DNA from: a bacterium
GTDB taxonomy: Archaea > Thermoplasmatota > E2 > JACPAO01 > JAHFTW01
Length of the DNA: 64,000 nucleotides
Direction of reading: 5' to 3'
NCBI GenBank assembly: GCA_040390065.1
Contig: JAZJZE010000009.1
Coordinates: 96,001-160,000, forward strand
Position numbers and translations under genes: made by a program. Under the pieces are notes generated by a model. It did not search any database and had not been told where the DNA came from. It saw nothing but the letters and a program-made list of their open reading frames with translations. Shown one piece after another: positions 39,209 to 48,453 of this stretch. Position 1 is the stretch's first letter, and every line of letters begins with the position of its first letter.

Positions 39209-40465
39209 CTAGGCCGGATACCGTAGCGGCTTGCACTCGCTCTTCGTGGTGCCGTCGTTCCACGTGTACGTGCCGCACTCGATGACGCCCCGCGCCTGGA
39301 ACGTCAGGTGCACCTGCGCCGTGCGGTCGGCCATCTGCGACGGCACTTGGCCGACCTCCACGCGGACGGCCGTGCCGCCCACCAGCGCCTCGTCCTGGAG
39401 CTCCCATGTGCCGTCCGCGCCGCCGGCGCCGTCCAGCCGCACCCAGCCCGCTGGCGTCTCGATCCAGAAGTGCACGAACGGCTGTGGGCCTGCACCATCG
39501 ACGCGCGCCTCGAGGCGGCTCGTGTTCTGCGGGGCAACCATGGCATCGGTCGTTCCATTGCGTTGCGGCGACACGATGTACAGTGCGCCGTCGCCCTTGA
39601 CGGTCAGGGGCGCCGTCACGTTTTGCAGGGGCACCCAGACGTACGTCCCGGTGCCTGCGTATGCGGGGGCCGGCTGCGAGGGGCTCAGGATTCCTGCCTG
39701 CACGAGGGTCACGACCACGGCGATGGCAGCCATGGCCAAGCCGAGGACGATGGTGCGCCGTCGGCTCGTCACGTCGGGCGGCAAGGGCTGGCCCTTGACC
39801 TGTGCGCGCGGGGCGGGTGCTTCGGTGTCGCGCCGCATGAGGTAGGCCGCAACGAAGACGGCGCCGAAGAAGCCGATGAACAGCGTGGGGATGGCCCACG
39901 GCGGCCAGGAAGGGCGTCCCGACATGGCGAGGCCGACGATGCCGACGAGGCCCATGGCGCCGTAGAGGACCATGCCGCCGCGCCAGCCCGGAGCCAAGCG
40001 GTCGCGGAAGCGGTACGCGGCAAGAGGGCCGACGAGTCCCATCCACATGAGCGAGCCGAAGAGCCACCACTGCGTCGAGTCCGGGCGCTCGTGCGACGTC
40101 AAGGCCACGATGGCACTGGCCCATCCCGCCGCGAGGACTGGGGCGCCAATCGCCGCGAAGATGGCGATGCGTTGCCAGAGCGGGAGGCGCGGGCCGTCAA
40201 CCGTGTCGTTGGGGTCCTGCTGCGGCGCGTTGGAGGCGGGAGACGCGGTCTCGGGGTTGGCGAGGGCCGCGGCGCGCTCGCGCAGGTTGCGCCGAATGAC
40301 CCAGACGGCGAAGGCCAAGCAAGCGACGCCCAGGACGAGCGCGCCGAGGCCCAGCTTCCAGTCGCCTCCGAGGACAAGGTTTGCAACGCCGGCCACCGTC
40401 GCGACGACCCCCAGGTAGAGGTTGCGCATCGGCAATCGCGTCCAGAACCCGGGCGGCTTCTCCAT
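39209..40465 (-). CDS. Multi-TM protein with extracellular C-terminal domain
   Basis: About 7 hydrophobic segments, then a beta-rich domain with a C-terminal Cys pair. Confidence 0.72.
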   Translation of the reverse strand: MEKPPGFWTRLPMRNLYLGVVATVAGVANLVLGGDWKLGLGALVLGVACLAFAVWVIRRNLRERAAALANPETASPASNAPQQDPNDTVDGPRLPLWQRIAIFAAIGAPVLAAGWASAIVALTSHERPDSTQWWLFGSLMWMGLVGPLAAYRFRDRLAPGWRGGMVLYGAMGLVGIVGLAMSGRPSWPPWAIPTLFIGFFGAVFVAAYLMRRDTEAPAPRAQVKGQPLPPDVTSRRRTIVLGLAMAAIAVVVTLVQAGILSPSQPAPAYAGTGTYVWVPLQNVTAPLTVKGDGALYIVSPQRNGTTDAMVAPQNTSRLEARVDGAGPQPFVHFWIETPAGWVRLDGAGGADGTWELQDEALVGGTAVRVEVGQVPSQMADRTAQVHLTFQARGVIECGTYTWNDGTTKSECKPLRYPA

Positions 40466-40523
40466 CCTAGACGGCTCCAACCACGGGCCGCCCAGTGGGC
40501 CAGCGGTTCTTGGAGGTTGTGCC

Positions 40524-40632
40524 TCAGTATGTCCTGGCAAACCGCAGCGTGTCCTTTGCCTGCTTGGCGCAGACGGCGCACGCGGCTGGCGCGAAGGCCT
40601 CGTCGACGGGGACGCCGAGCGTCTTGATGTCC
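40524..40632 (-). pseudogene. Duplicate of the proS 3' end (last 35 codons plus stop)
   Basis: 100/109 nt identical to 41167-41275; encodes DIKTLGVPVDEAFAPAACAVCAKQAKDTLRFARTY*. Confidence 0.93.
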
Positions 40633-40634
40633 CG

Positions 40635-40733
40635 CGACCTGCAAACAGGTCGATCATTTGCGTCGTGCTGCCTCGCTGCGCTCGGCACCACATAGCGTCG
40701 GGGGGCTGCCGCCCCCCGCCCGTGTCCCCCCGC
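40635..40733 (-). repeat. About 100-bp structured repeat, copy 1
   Basis: Reverse complement matches 47416-47515; ends in the CGACCTG-TTTG-CAGGTCG hairpin. Confidence 0.88.
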
Positions 40734-40777
40734 CGGGGGGCCTGCCGGCCCCCGCGACCCCCAGCAGCCGCTGGATC

Positions 40778-41167
40778 CTACGCCCAAGTCGCTGCGGGGC
40801 GGGGCAACAAGCGCATCACGGATTCGTCATCGCTTCGGGGAAAACGCGTTTCAGCGATGTCAAGGGCGGTCGGCTCGTCGTGCGGTGTCTCGTACGCGAA
40901 ATCCGACCAGACGACTTCGTCCCCAACCTGCGCCACGAGGGCCGCAAGGGCACCGCATCCTTCGTGGCCGCACAAGCCACACGTCGTAATCGTGGTTCGG
41001 CCCGACTTGAATGTAGGGCGTTCGAGAGGGACCCGGAACCAGACAAGGAGCTCGCCGTCGCGGAGCGGTCGCCCGTCAATGACGAAACGCCAAGCCGTCC
41101 GGTCCGGTCGCTCCACGCTGTCGGCCGTTGGGAACGTGTCGGTGTTCGGGACGAGCGCCAGCTGCAT
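40778..41167 (-). CDS. Hypothetical protein with CxxC-x4-C motif (cargo)
   Basis: ATG overlaps the proS TAA; TCGLCGHEGCGAL...DEVVWSDF. Confidence 0.7.
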   Translation of the reverse strand: MQLALVPNTDTFPTADSVERPDRTAWRFVIDGRPLRDGELLVWFRVPLERPTFKSGRTTITTCGLCGHEGCGALAALVAQVGDEVVWSDFAYETPHDEPTALDIAETRFPRSDDESVMRLLPRPAATWA

Positions 41168-42621
41168 TAGTAGGTCCTTGCAAACCGCAGTGTGTCCTTT
41201 GCCGGCTTGCTGCAGACGGCACACGCGGCTGGCGCGAAGGTCTCGTCGACGGGGACGCCGAGCGTCTTGATGTCCAGCGTCTTCTCGACGTTGGCCGCGC
41301 ATTCCGTTCCGCAGATGGGCATGGTGAGGATGTAGCCGACGTTGGCCTTCTGCCCCTCGTCATCGAGGCGCTTGGCCTCGTCGAGGGACTTGGGATGCTT
41401 GATGCGCGTCGCAACGAAGGCGGCTTGTTTGTCGAGGAGCGTTTTCTGGATGCTGGCCAGGACGTCCTTGACGCCTTGCTCCAGGTGGTCCATCGGAATG
41501 GCCTTCTTGCCCTCGCGGCCCATGTCGCGGCGGGCGCTGAAGACGGATTTCTTCTCGACGTCCTTGGGGCCGACTTCGAGGCGCAACGGGACGCCGCGCA
41601 GTTCCCAGTGGTAGTACTTCTCGCCGGCCGCCTTGGCGCGTTCGTCCAGTTCGACGCGGAAGCCCGCGAGGTCCAGCCGGTCGCGCACCGTCTTGCACGC
41701 CGCGAGGACGGCTTCCTCGCTGCCCTTGAAAACCACGGGGACGATGACGACTTGGATGGGCGCGATGTCCGGCGGCATCACCAGGCCGTTGTCGTCGCCG
41801 TGACACCCGACGACGGCACCGACGAGGCGTTCGCTCATGCCGTACGTCGTCTGGTGGCAGAGCTTGTGGCCCTCCGTCTCGGACTCGTACTTCATGTCGT
41901 ACGCCTTGGCAAAGTTCGTGCCGTAGTAGTGCACGGTGGCGCATTGCAGCGTGCGGCCGCTTGGCATGACGACGTCGGCGCCCGTGGAGTCGACGGCGCC
42001 GGGGAACTTGTCCCAGTCCGGCCGCTTCGAGTACAGCGCGGGGAGGGCGAGTTTGGCGTAGACGTGGCGCACGATGTCGAGGTCGAGCGCGACGTGCTCG
42101 CGGGCCGTCTTCTCGTCGGCGAAGACCGAGTGGTCCTCGAAGAAGTGGATCTCCCGAACGCGCATGAAGGCACGCGTCTGCTTCGTCTCGTACCGGAAGA
42201 CGTTGCAGATCTGGTACGTCGTCAGCGGCAGGTCGGAGTGGCTGCGGATCCACAGCGGGAAGATCTCGTACATGGCGCACTCCGACGTGGGGCGCACGAT
42301 CCAGCGCTCGCCTTCCGGCAGTTCGTTGTCGCCGGCATGCGTGACCCAGAAGACCTCGGAGCCGAAGCCCTTGATCTGGTCGGCCTCCTTCATGAAGAGC
42401 TTCTCGGGGATCATGAGGGGGAAGGAGACCTCGTCGTGGTGCGTGCGGCGCATCTCGGCGCGCGTGTAGTCGTCGATGGCCGACATGATGCGTTGGCCGT
42501 AAGGCCGCCAAATGTTCATGCCCTTGATGGGGTACCGCTTGTCCGTGAGTTCGGCGACCTCGACGACCTCATTGTACCACTCCATGAAGTCCTTCGACTT
42601 GGGGACCTGGGTCGCGGGCAT
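41167..42621 (-). CDS. proS: Proline--tRNA ligase (archaeal/eukaryotic type)
   Basis: EWYNEV, VRPTSE, FRYETK..FMRVREI, TTYGMSER, WELRGVPLRLEVGP, terminal FARTY. Confidence 0.96.
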   Translation of the reverse strand: MPATQVPKSKDFMEWYNEVVEVAELTDKRYPIKGMNIWRPYGQRIMSAIDDYTRAEMRRTHHDEVSFPLMIPEKLFMKEADQIKGFGSEVFWVTHAGDNELPEGERWIVRPTSECAMYEIFPLWIRSHSDLPLTTYQICNVFRYETKQTRAFMRVREIHFFEDHSVFADEKTAREHVALDLDIVRHVYAKLALPALYSKRPDWDKFPGAVDSTGADVVMPSGRTLQCATVHYYGTNFAKAYDMKYESETEGHKLCHQTTYGMSERLVGAVVGCHGDDNGLVMPPDIAPIQVVIVPVVFKGSEEAVLAACKTVRDRLDLAGFRVELDERAKAAGEKYYHWELRGVPLRLEVGPKDVEKKSVFSARRDMGREGKKAIPMDHLEQGVKDVLASIQKTLLDKQAAFVATRIKHPKSLDEAKRLDDEGQKANVGYILTMPICGTECAANVEKTLDIKTLGVPVDETFAPAACAVCSKPAKDTLRFARTY

Positions 42622-42645
42622 GTTGACCCTGCGACTATGGAGATG

Positions 42646-42655
42646 GATAAAAGCG
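42646..42655. promoter_or_regulatory. TATA-like box, possibly bidirectional (proS and candidate ncRNA)
   Basis: GGATAAAAGC (CTTTTAT on minus) about 30 nt from both the proS ATG and the structured region at 42680. Confidence 0.45.
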
Positions 42656-42679
42656 GGGCGGCGCGGCACGCGCAGCAAA

Positions 42680-42818
42680 GGTCACGGCAACGGAGCTTGA
42701 CAAGGGTATGGTGCCGGCGCTCTAGAGGGGCCCCTTCAATTCTCGGGGCCCACTGGCCTGCCTGGCAACCGAGTGGGGGGCGACCCCCCGAAGGGTTGTG
42801 GCTCCGTTGGCCGTGGCC
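42680..42818 (+). ncRNA. Candidate structured ncRNA of unknown family
   Basis: 17-bp closing stem, nested helices and a side hairpin; G-U pairs favour the plus strand. Confidence 0.45.
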
Positions 42819-42914
42819 AACCCTACTGTTGGGGGCCTCCCCTTGACATAGATTTCCCTTGGGCATGCCGCCGACCTTATGGCCTGTGCGCCGTATCGTC
42901 GACTGGTCGATTGC

Positions 42915-43847
42915 ATGGCCAAGCGCATCTCCCGCAAGACCCCGAAGGCATCGAAGAGCCCGCGCCGCAAGGCGACCCGGAAGGCCCCGTCGAAACCCAA
43001 GACGCCCCTGCGCCGGAAGGCCAAGCCAGTGAAGGCGGCAAAGGCACGCCGGGCCAAGCCCAAGGCGAAACCGGCGCCGGGAGCCTCCGCCGCGCGCGCG
43101 CCCGCAAAGCCTGCAAGGGCAACCAAGGCGGCGGGCGTTGACGTCGTGTTCAAGGAGCGAGCCGCCCCCGTGGCTTTCTCGGGTCGGGCAGCCGCCGAGG
43201 CGCGGCCCCTCAAGATCGTTCTCTTCGGCGCCTCCGGCAACATCGGCAGCCGCATCACGAGCGAGGCCGTCCGCCGCGGCCACCACGTCACGGCCGTGAT
43301 GCGCAACCCGGACCGCATGGAGTTCCGGCACGCCAACGTGCGCACGCTGCGCGCCGACGTCACGGACCCCATCCTGGTGGCGACCGTCGCCCGCGGCCAT
43401 GACGCCATCATCTCGGCCATCGCGCCGGCCGACGACGACCACGACATGCTCGCCGAGGCCGCGAGCTCCATCCTGCAGGCCGCCCGCGAAACAGGCATCA
43501 AGCGCATCGTCATCGCCAACGGAGCCGGCAGCCTCCTCGTCGGCAAAGGGAAGATGCTCATGGACACGCCGCAGTTCCCGGCCGAGTGGCGCTGGATCGC
43601 CAAGTCGCACAAGGATGCGCTCGACGTGCTGCGCGCCAAGGGCTCGGACCTCGACTGGACTGCCGTCAGTCCCGCCGCCATGATCGCCCCCGGCAAGCGC
43701 ACCGGCAAGTACCGCCTCGGCGGCGACCAACTCATGGCCGACGCAAAGGGAGACAGCCGCATCAGCATGGAAGACTTCGCGGCGGCGCTCATGGACGAGT
43801 TGGAGCAGGAACGCTACGTCGGGAAGCGGATGAGCGTGGCGTACTAG
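42915..43847 (+). CDS. NAD(P)-binding oxidoreductase (YwnB/flavin reductase-like) with Lys/Arg/Ala/Pro-rich N-terminal tail
   Basis: FGASGNIG, GAGSL, DWTAVSP, ISMEDFAAA. Confidence 0.9.
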   Translation: MAKRISRKTPKASKSPRRKATRKAPSKPKTPLRRKAKPVKAAKARRAKPKAKPAPGASAARAPAKPARATKAAGVDVVFKERAAPVAFSGRAAAEARPLKIVLFGASGNIGSRITSEAVRRGHHVTAVMRNPDRMEFRHANVRTLRADVTDPILVATVARGHDAIISAIAPADDDHDMLAEAASSILQAARETGIKRIVIANGAGSLLVGKGKMLMDTPQFPAEWRWIAKSHKDALDVLRAKGSDLDWTAVSPAAMIAPGKRTGKYRLGGDQLMADAKGDSRISMEDFAAALMDELEQERYVGKRMSVAY

Positions 43848-43898
43848 TGCGGACACCCACCCTCCACCCTTTTGGCCCCCACCCGCGTGCGCCCAAGC

Positions 43899-45341
43899 AT
43901 GCCTGAAGTCCAGCCGATGCTCCTCGGCGGCGAATGGAAGACCAAGAGCGACGTCGAGGCCGTGCACGACCCGGCCACGGGCGCCGTGCTTGCCAGCGTC
44001 CCGCGCGGCACGAAAGAGGACGTCGACCACGCCGTCTCTGCAAGCCGCGCCGCCTTCGAAAGCAAGGACTGGAAGGGCATGGACCCGGCGCAACGCGGCC
44101 GCATCTTGCAGAAGCTCGCGGCCCTCACGTACGCCAACGCAAAGGAACTCGCCCTCATCGAGTCGCAGAACAATGGCAAGACGATCAAGGAGGCCACGGG
44201 CGACGTACGCTTTGCCGCCTGGACGCTGGAGTACTTTGCCGGTTGGGCCGACAAGGTCGAGGGCCGCACCATCCCCGTCCCCGGCGACCGGCTCGACTAC
44301 ACGCTGCAGCAACCGCTGGGCGTGACGGCGCACATCGTGCCGTGGAACTTCCCGCTGCAACTCGCCGTGCGCTCCATCGCGCCGGCACTCGCAGCCGGCT
44401 GCACGGTCGTCGCGAAGCCCGCCACGCTGACGCCGCTGTCTCTCCTGCGCTGGGCGAAGCTGGCGGAGGAGGCTGGGCTGCCAAAGGGTGTGCTGCAAGT
44501 CATCACTGGCCCCGGCGGCGAAGTCGGCGGCCGGCTGGCGTCGCATCCCGACGTCGACGGCGTCACCCTGACCGGCTCCGTCGCGACCGGCGTCCAAGTC
44601 ATGAAGGCCGCGGCGGAGAACGTCACCCCAGTGACGCTCGAACTAGGCGGCAAGGGGGCCCACATTGTCTTGCCTGACGCCGACTTGAAGAAGGCCGCCA
44701 AGGGCATCTGCTTTGGCATCTTCATGAACGCCGGGCAGATGTGCTGGGCAGGTTCGCGCCTTCTAGCACACGAATCCATCCACGATGCACTCGTCGAAGC
44801 CGTGAAGGCGGAAGCCGCGACGTGGAGGCTCGGCGTCGGCACCGAGGACGGCGTGCGCATCGGCAGCATGGTCAGCCAAGGCCAACGCAAGTCCGTCCTC
44901 GCCATGGTGCAGAAGGGCACCGACCAAGGCGCGACGCTCGTGATGGGCGGCAAGGCCCCGACGGACCCCAAGCTCGCAGGCGGCGCATTCGTCGAACCCA
45001 CGATCCTCACAAACGTCGAGGCAAAGAACGCCACGTGGAAGGAGGAAGTCTTCGGGCCCGTCCTCAGCGTCATGCCGTTTGCCACCGCCGACGACGCCGT
45101 CAAGCTCGCCAACGGCGTCGACTACGGACTCCTCAACGGCCTGTGGACGAAGGACCTCTCCTCGGCGCATCGCATCGCCCGCGACTTGCAATGCGGCATG
45201 GTCAGCGTCAACGAATACCCCGTGACGTTCCCGCAGACCCCGTTTACCGGTTGGAAGAAGTCCGGCATCGGCGCCGAGCAGGGCCGCGACGCGATGAACT
45301 TCTACACGCGCACGAAGAACGTCAACGTGAACTTGGGGTAG
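43899..45341 (+). CDS. Aldehyde dehydrogenase
   Basis: PWNFP, TGS, LELGGK, NAGQMC, EEVFGPV. Confidence 0.95.
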   Translation: MPEVQPMLLGGEWKTKSDVEAVHDPATGAVLASVPRGTKEDVDHAVSASRAAFESKDWKGMDPAQRGRILQKLAALTYANAKELALIESQNNGKTIKEATGDVRFAAWTLEYFAGWADKVEGRTIPVPGDRLDYTLQQPLGVTAHIVPWNFPLQLAVRSIAPALAAGCTVVAKPATLTPLSLLRWAKLAEEAGLPKGVLQVITGPGGEVGGRLASHPDVDGVTLTGSVATGVQVMKAAAENVTPVTLELGGKGAHIVLPDADLKKAAKGICFGIFMNAGQMCWAGSRLLAHESIHDALVEAVKAEAATWRLGVGTEDGVRIGSMVSQGQRKSVLAMVQKGTDQGATLVMGGKAPTDPKLAGGAFVEPTILTNVEAKNATWKEEVFGPVLSVMPFATADDAVKLANGVDYGLLNGLWTKDLSSAHRIARDLQCGMVSVNEYPVTFPQTPFTGWKKSGIGAEQGRDAMNFYTRTKNVNVNLG

Positions 45342-45372
45342 TGCACAAACGCGGATCGCGGGCGCGGCTTGA

Positions 45373-46359
45373 CTATCGGCGACGCGCCGCAAGGACCACG
45401 AGAAGCACGGCGACGAGGGCCCAGGGTGCAGCCGCCGACGAATGCGCCTGGGCTGCGGCGGGCTCGTTGTGGGGTTCCGCGTGGATGTGGATACGGCCCT
45501 TGAAGTGCTGGGCCAGGACGCGGACGTGCCATTCCCCCGGCGCACCCGACAGGCGCTGCGGCTTGTGCTGCGACATGGAATCGATTTGGGCTACGACGTC
45601 GGTGCCGTTGCCGTCCGTCATTGTGACGGCGATCGCTCCCCCGGTGCGGTCGACGTCCAATGTCAAGTCGAGGTCGGGCGTCGCTACACTCCAGTTGTAG
45701 TCGTACTGCGCCGTTCGGGGGGCCCCGAAGTACGTGTCGATGTCCAGAACCTGGTCCCGCACTTCGGTGAAGGGGCGGGAAGGGTCCAGTTGGAGCGGAC
45801 AGCCTCGCACGCGCGTGCAGCCGAGAACCACGTACTCGGGCTGGAAGTCGGTGCCCAGGATGCACCCGTGCGGGTTCGGGTCCGGTGCGCAGTCCTGCAG
45901 GACGAGCGGGTTGGCGGGCGCATTGGAGTACGAGTACCCCTTGATGCTCGTCAACCCCTTGCCGACGGCGAGCTCGTACAACTCGTAGGGGACCCAGCAG
46001 TACGCCGCATTCCCCTCCGGCCTGCAGGGTATGGGCGCCAATGCGGATTCGCCGTGGGAGTCGAAGCGCAGTTGCCGGCTGGTCCAGACGTCGCTCTCAC
46101 CCGCTTGGGTGAGCAACTGCAGCCATACTTCGCCGCCGGTGCCGACGGGGTCCGTGAAATCGGCCACCTGGATGCGCACGAGAAGGGTCCCATTCCCTGG
46201 CTCGGCGATGGCCAGCTCCCGCATGTCGGCGAAGCCCAAGGCATCCGCGGGGTCGGTCCAGACCGGCTGGAACTCAAGGTCATCGAACGGCGCCGCGGCA
46301 GCGGTTTGGCCAAGGGACGCCGCGCACCACATCAGGATGACCGCCTGCTTGACGCGCAC
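45373..46359 (-). CDS. Secreted protein with C-terminal TM plus basic tail (sorting-signal-like)
   Basis: Signal-like N-terminus; ends APWALVAVLLVVLAARRR; start inferred. Confidence 0.7.
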   Translation of the reverse strand: MRVKQAVILMWCAASLGQTAAAAPFDDLEFQPVWTDPADALGFADMRELAIAEPGNGTLLVRIQVADFTDPVGTGGEVWLQLLTQAGESDVWTSRQLRFDSHGESALAPIPCRPEGNAAYCWVPYELYELAVGKGLTSIKGYSYSNAPANPLVLQDCAPDPNPHGCILGTDFQPEYVVLGCTRVRGCPLQLDPSRPFTEVRDQVLDIDTYFGAPRTAQYDYNWSVATPDLDLTLDVDRTGGAIAVTMTDGNGTDVVAQIDSMSQHKPQRLSGAPGEWHVRVLAQHFKGRIHIHAEPHNEPAAAQAHSSAAAPWALVAVLLVVLAARRR

Positions 46360-46444
46360 GTTATGGTTCGCACTCCCACGTGCATGAAATAGTTGCCCCA
46401 CCCACCTAGCGAGCCTTTTCACGGCGCTCCCCTTCGGCCCAGCG

Positions 46445-47236
46445 ATGACGTCCGCTTACGTCACAGTCCAGCGCGAACCCGGCGCCGTCGCCGTGGTCAC
46501 CTTCAGCCGCGCCGAGTCGATGAACTCCTTCGACCCGAAGGTCATCGGCGAACTGCACCGTCTGTTCCGCTCGCTCCTCGACGACGTGACGGTGCGCGGC
46601 ATCGTCCTCACGGGGACGGGAAAAGCGTTCTGCGCCGGCGCCGATGTGCGGGAATTCGAGAAGGGGGTCCAATCCGGCACCGCCGTCCAATGGGTGCTCG
46701 ACGCAACGGCCGCGCTCCACCCGCTCCTGCTCGAGATCCAGGAATCGCCCAAGGTCTTCGTGGCGGCGCTCAACGGAGTTGCCGCCGGCGGCGGGTTGGG
46801 GCTGGCGCTCGTGGCCGACGCGCGTATCGCAAATCCACAGGCCCGCCTGGCGGCGTCGTATTTCCGTCTCGGCCTCAGCCCCGATGGCGGCGCGACGTGG
46901 CTCATGCCGCGACTCGTCGGGTTCCAGCGGGCGCGCCAGTTCTTCTTCAACAACGAAGTCATGGACGCCGAGGAGGCCTTCGTCTGCGGCGCCGTCGACG
47001 AACTGGTCCCGGCGGACAAGCTGCTGCCGCGCGCCATCGAATTGGCCCGCACGTGGGGCGCGTGGGCGGCCCACAGCCGCGGTGCAACCAAACGCCTCTT
47101 GGCTGCCTCCGAGAACCACGACTTCGGCACGCAGTTGGACCTCGAGCGCGGCCTCATCGCCGCCGCGGCCGGGACGAAAGACTTCGCGGAAGGCGTCACT
47201 GCGTTCCGGGGAAAACGCGAGCCGAAGTTCGCCTGA
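46445..47236 (+). CDS. Enoyl-CoA hydratase/isomerase (PaaG-like)
   Basis: AFCAGADV, NGVAAGGG, GLSPDGG. Confidence 0.92.
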   Translation: MTSAYVTVQREPGAVAVVTFSRAESMNSFDPKVIGELHRLFRSLLDDVTVRGIVLTGTGKAFCAGADVREFEKGVQSGTAVQWVLDATAALHPLLLEIQESPKVFVAALNGVAAGGGLGLALVADARIANPQARLAASYFRLGLSPDGGATWLMPRLVGFQRARQFFFNNEVMDAEEAFVCGAVDELVPADKLLPRAIELARTWGAWAAHSRGATKRLLAASENHDFGTQLDLERGLIAAAAGTKDFAEGVTAFRGKREPKFA

Positions 47237-47290
47237 CCGGACCACCTGCGTATCGACGTTGCCCGCAAGAGCCTCCCCCGCCCCCACCAT

Positions 47291-47316
47291 CAACCGAAGC
47301 AACAGAAGCAACCGAG
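47291..47316. repeat. Three 9-bp CAACCGAAG-type units
   Basis: CAACCGAAG CAACAGAAG CAACCGAG. Confidence 0.7.
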
Positions 47317-47415
47317 TTGCAAGGCCGCTCGTCAGGCGCCCCTCGGTGGTGGGCACTCGTCCGTGCGAGCGCAAGGCGCGAGCGTAGCGGGGGCGAGGGA
47401 CGCGCAAGCGCCCCC

Positions 47416-47515
47416 GCGGGGGGACATGGGCGGGGGGCCGAGCCCCCCGCCGCTATGTGGCGCCGCAGAACAGCGGCGGCGCCACGACGCAACTGATCGA
47501 CCTGTTTGCAGGTCG
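47416..47515 (+). repeat. About 100-bp structured repeat, copy 2
   Basis: Matches the reverse complement of 40635-40733. Confidence 0.88.
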
Positions 47516-47554
47516 ACCGGCATTGCCATGAACCGCGTTCGAATCCCGCAAGCC

Positions 47555-48358
47555 ATGGCAAATGTCGACCTCGCGTTCAAAGAGGACGGCCCCGGCGCCG
47601 GCCCCGCCGTCGTCCTGGTGCACGGCTTCCCTTTCGACGGCCGCATGTGGCTCCCGACGGCCAAGGTCCTGGGCGCAGCCGGCTACCACGTCATCGTCCC
47701 CGACTTGCGTGGCCACGGCAAGTCGCCCGTCGGCGAAGGAGCCGCGACGATGGAGGCCATGGCGGACGACGTTGCCGGCCTGCTCGACAAGCTCGCAATC
47801 CGCCGCTGCGTCCTCGTCGGCTTCTCGATGGGCGGATACGCCGCGCTGCAGGTCGCGCACCGGCACCGCGAACGCCTGTCGGCCCTCGGCCTCGTCGACA
47901 CGCGCGCCGAGGCGGACTCCGAGGAGGCCAAGGCGGGCCGGCGCACGACGGCCGCCGCCATCCGCGAGAAGGGCATGCAGCACCTCGTCGACACGATGCT
48001 TCCCAAGGTGACCGGTCCCGCGACGAAGGCGAAGAAGCCGGAGGTCGTCGAATTCCTCACCCGCATGGTCCTCGAGAATTCGACGGACGGCGCCGTGGCG
48101 GCGCTCGCAGGCATGGGGAAGCGTCCGGACATGCGTGGCAAGCTTTCCGGCATGGGGCTTCCCGTCTTCGTGGCGGTGGGCGAGGACGACGTCATCACAC
48201 CCCCCGACGCGGGCTCGCGCATGGCCCACGCCTTCGCCATGAGCAGCTACGAATTGATTCCCGGCGCCGGTCATGTGTCACCGCTGGAGCAACCCGAGAA
48301 GTTCCACAAGGTTCTCCTGGAGTGGCTCGGGGCCGTCTCGCCGGTACGCCGCAGCTAG
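47555..48358 (+). CDS. Alpha/beta hydrolase (enol-lactonase-like)
   Basis: HGFP, DLRGHG, GFSMGG, GEDD, GAGH. Confidence 0.92.
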   Translation: MANVDLAFKEDGPGAGPAVVLVHGFPFDGRMWLPTAKVLGAAGYHVIVPDLRGHGKSPVGEGAATMEAMADDVAGLLDKLAIRRCVLVGFSMGGYAALQVAHRHRERLSALGLVDTRAEADSEEAKAGRRTTAAAIREKGMQHLVDTMLPKVTGPATKAKKPEVVEFLTRMVLENSTDGAVAALAGMGKRPDMRGKLSGMGLPVFVAVGEDDVITPPDAGSRMAHAFAMSSYELIPGAGHVSPLEQPEKFHKVLLEWLGAVSPVRRS

Positions 48359-48453
48359 GCGCCCACAGGTCAACCGACGCAACCGAGGCAACCGACCCAG
48401 TCACCAGATTCGGTTGCGTCAGTTGCTTCGGCTGAGGGAACGCCGAAGCCTAG
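48355..48453. mobile_element. Putative MITE-like 9-mer palindrome bounded by CTAG
   Basis: 3x CAACCGA then 3x TCGGTTG-like units; CTAG at 48355 and 48450. Confidence 0.5.

Noticed and set aside
42680-42818. Y RNA or T-box identity on the minus strand
   Set aside because: The bulged stem is only loosely similar, wobble pairs favour the plus strand, and there is no Ro60 gene or T-box motif.
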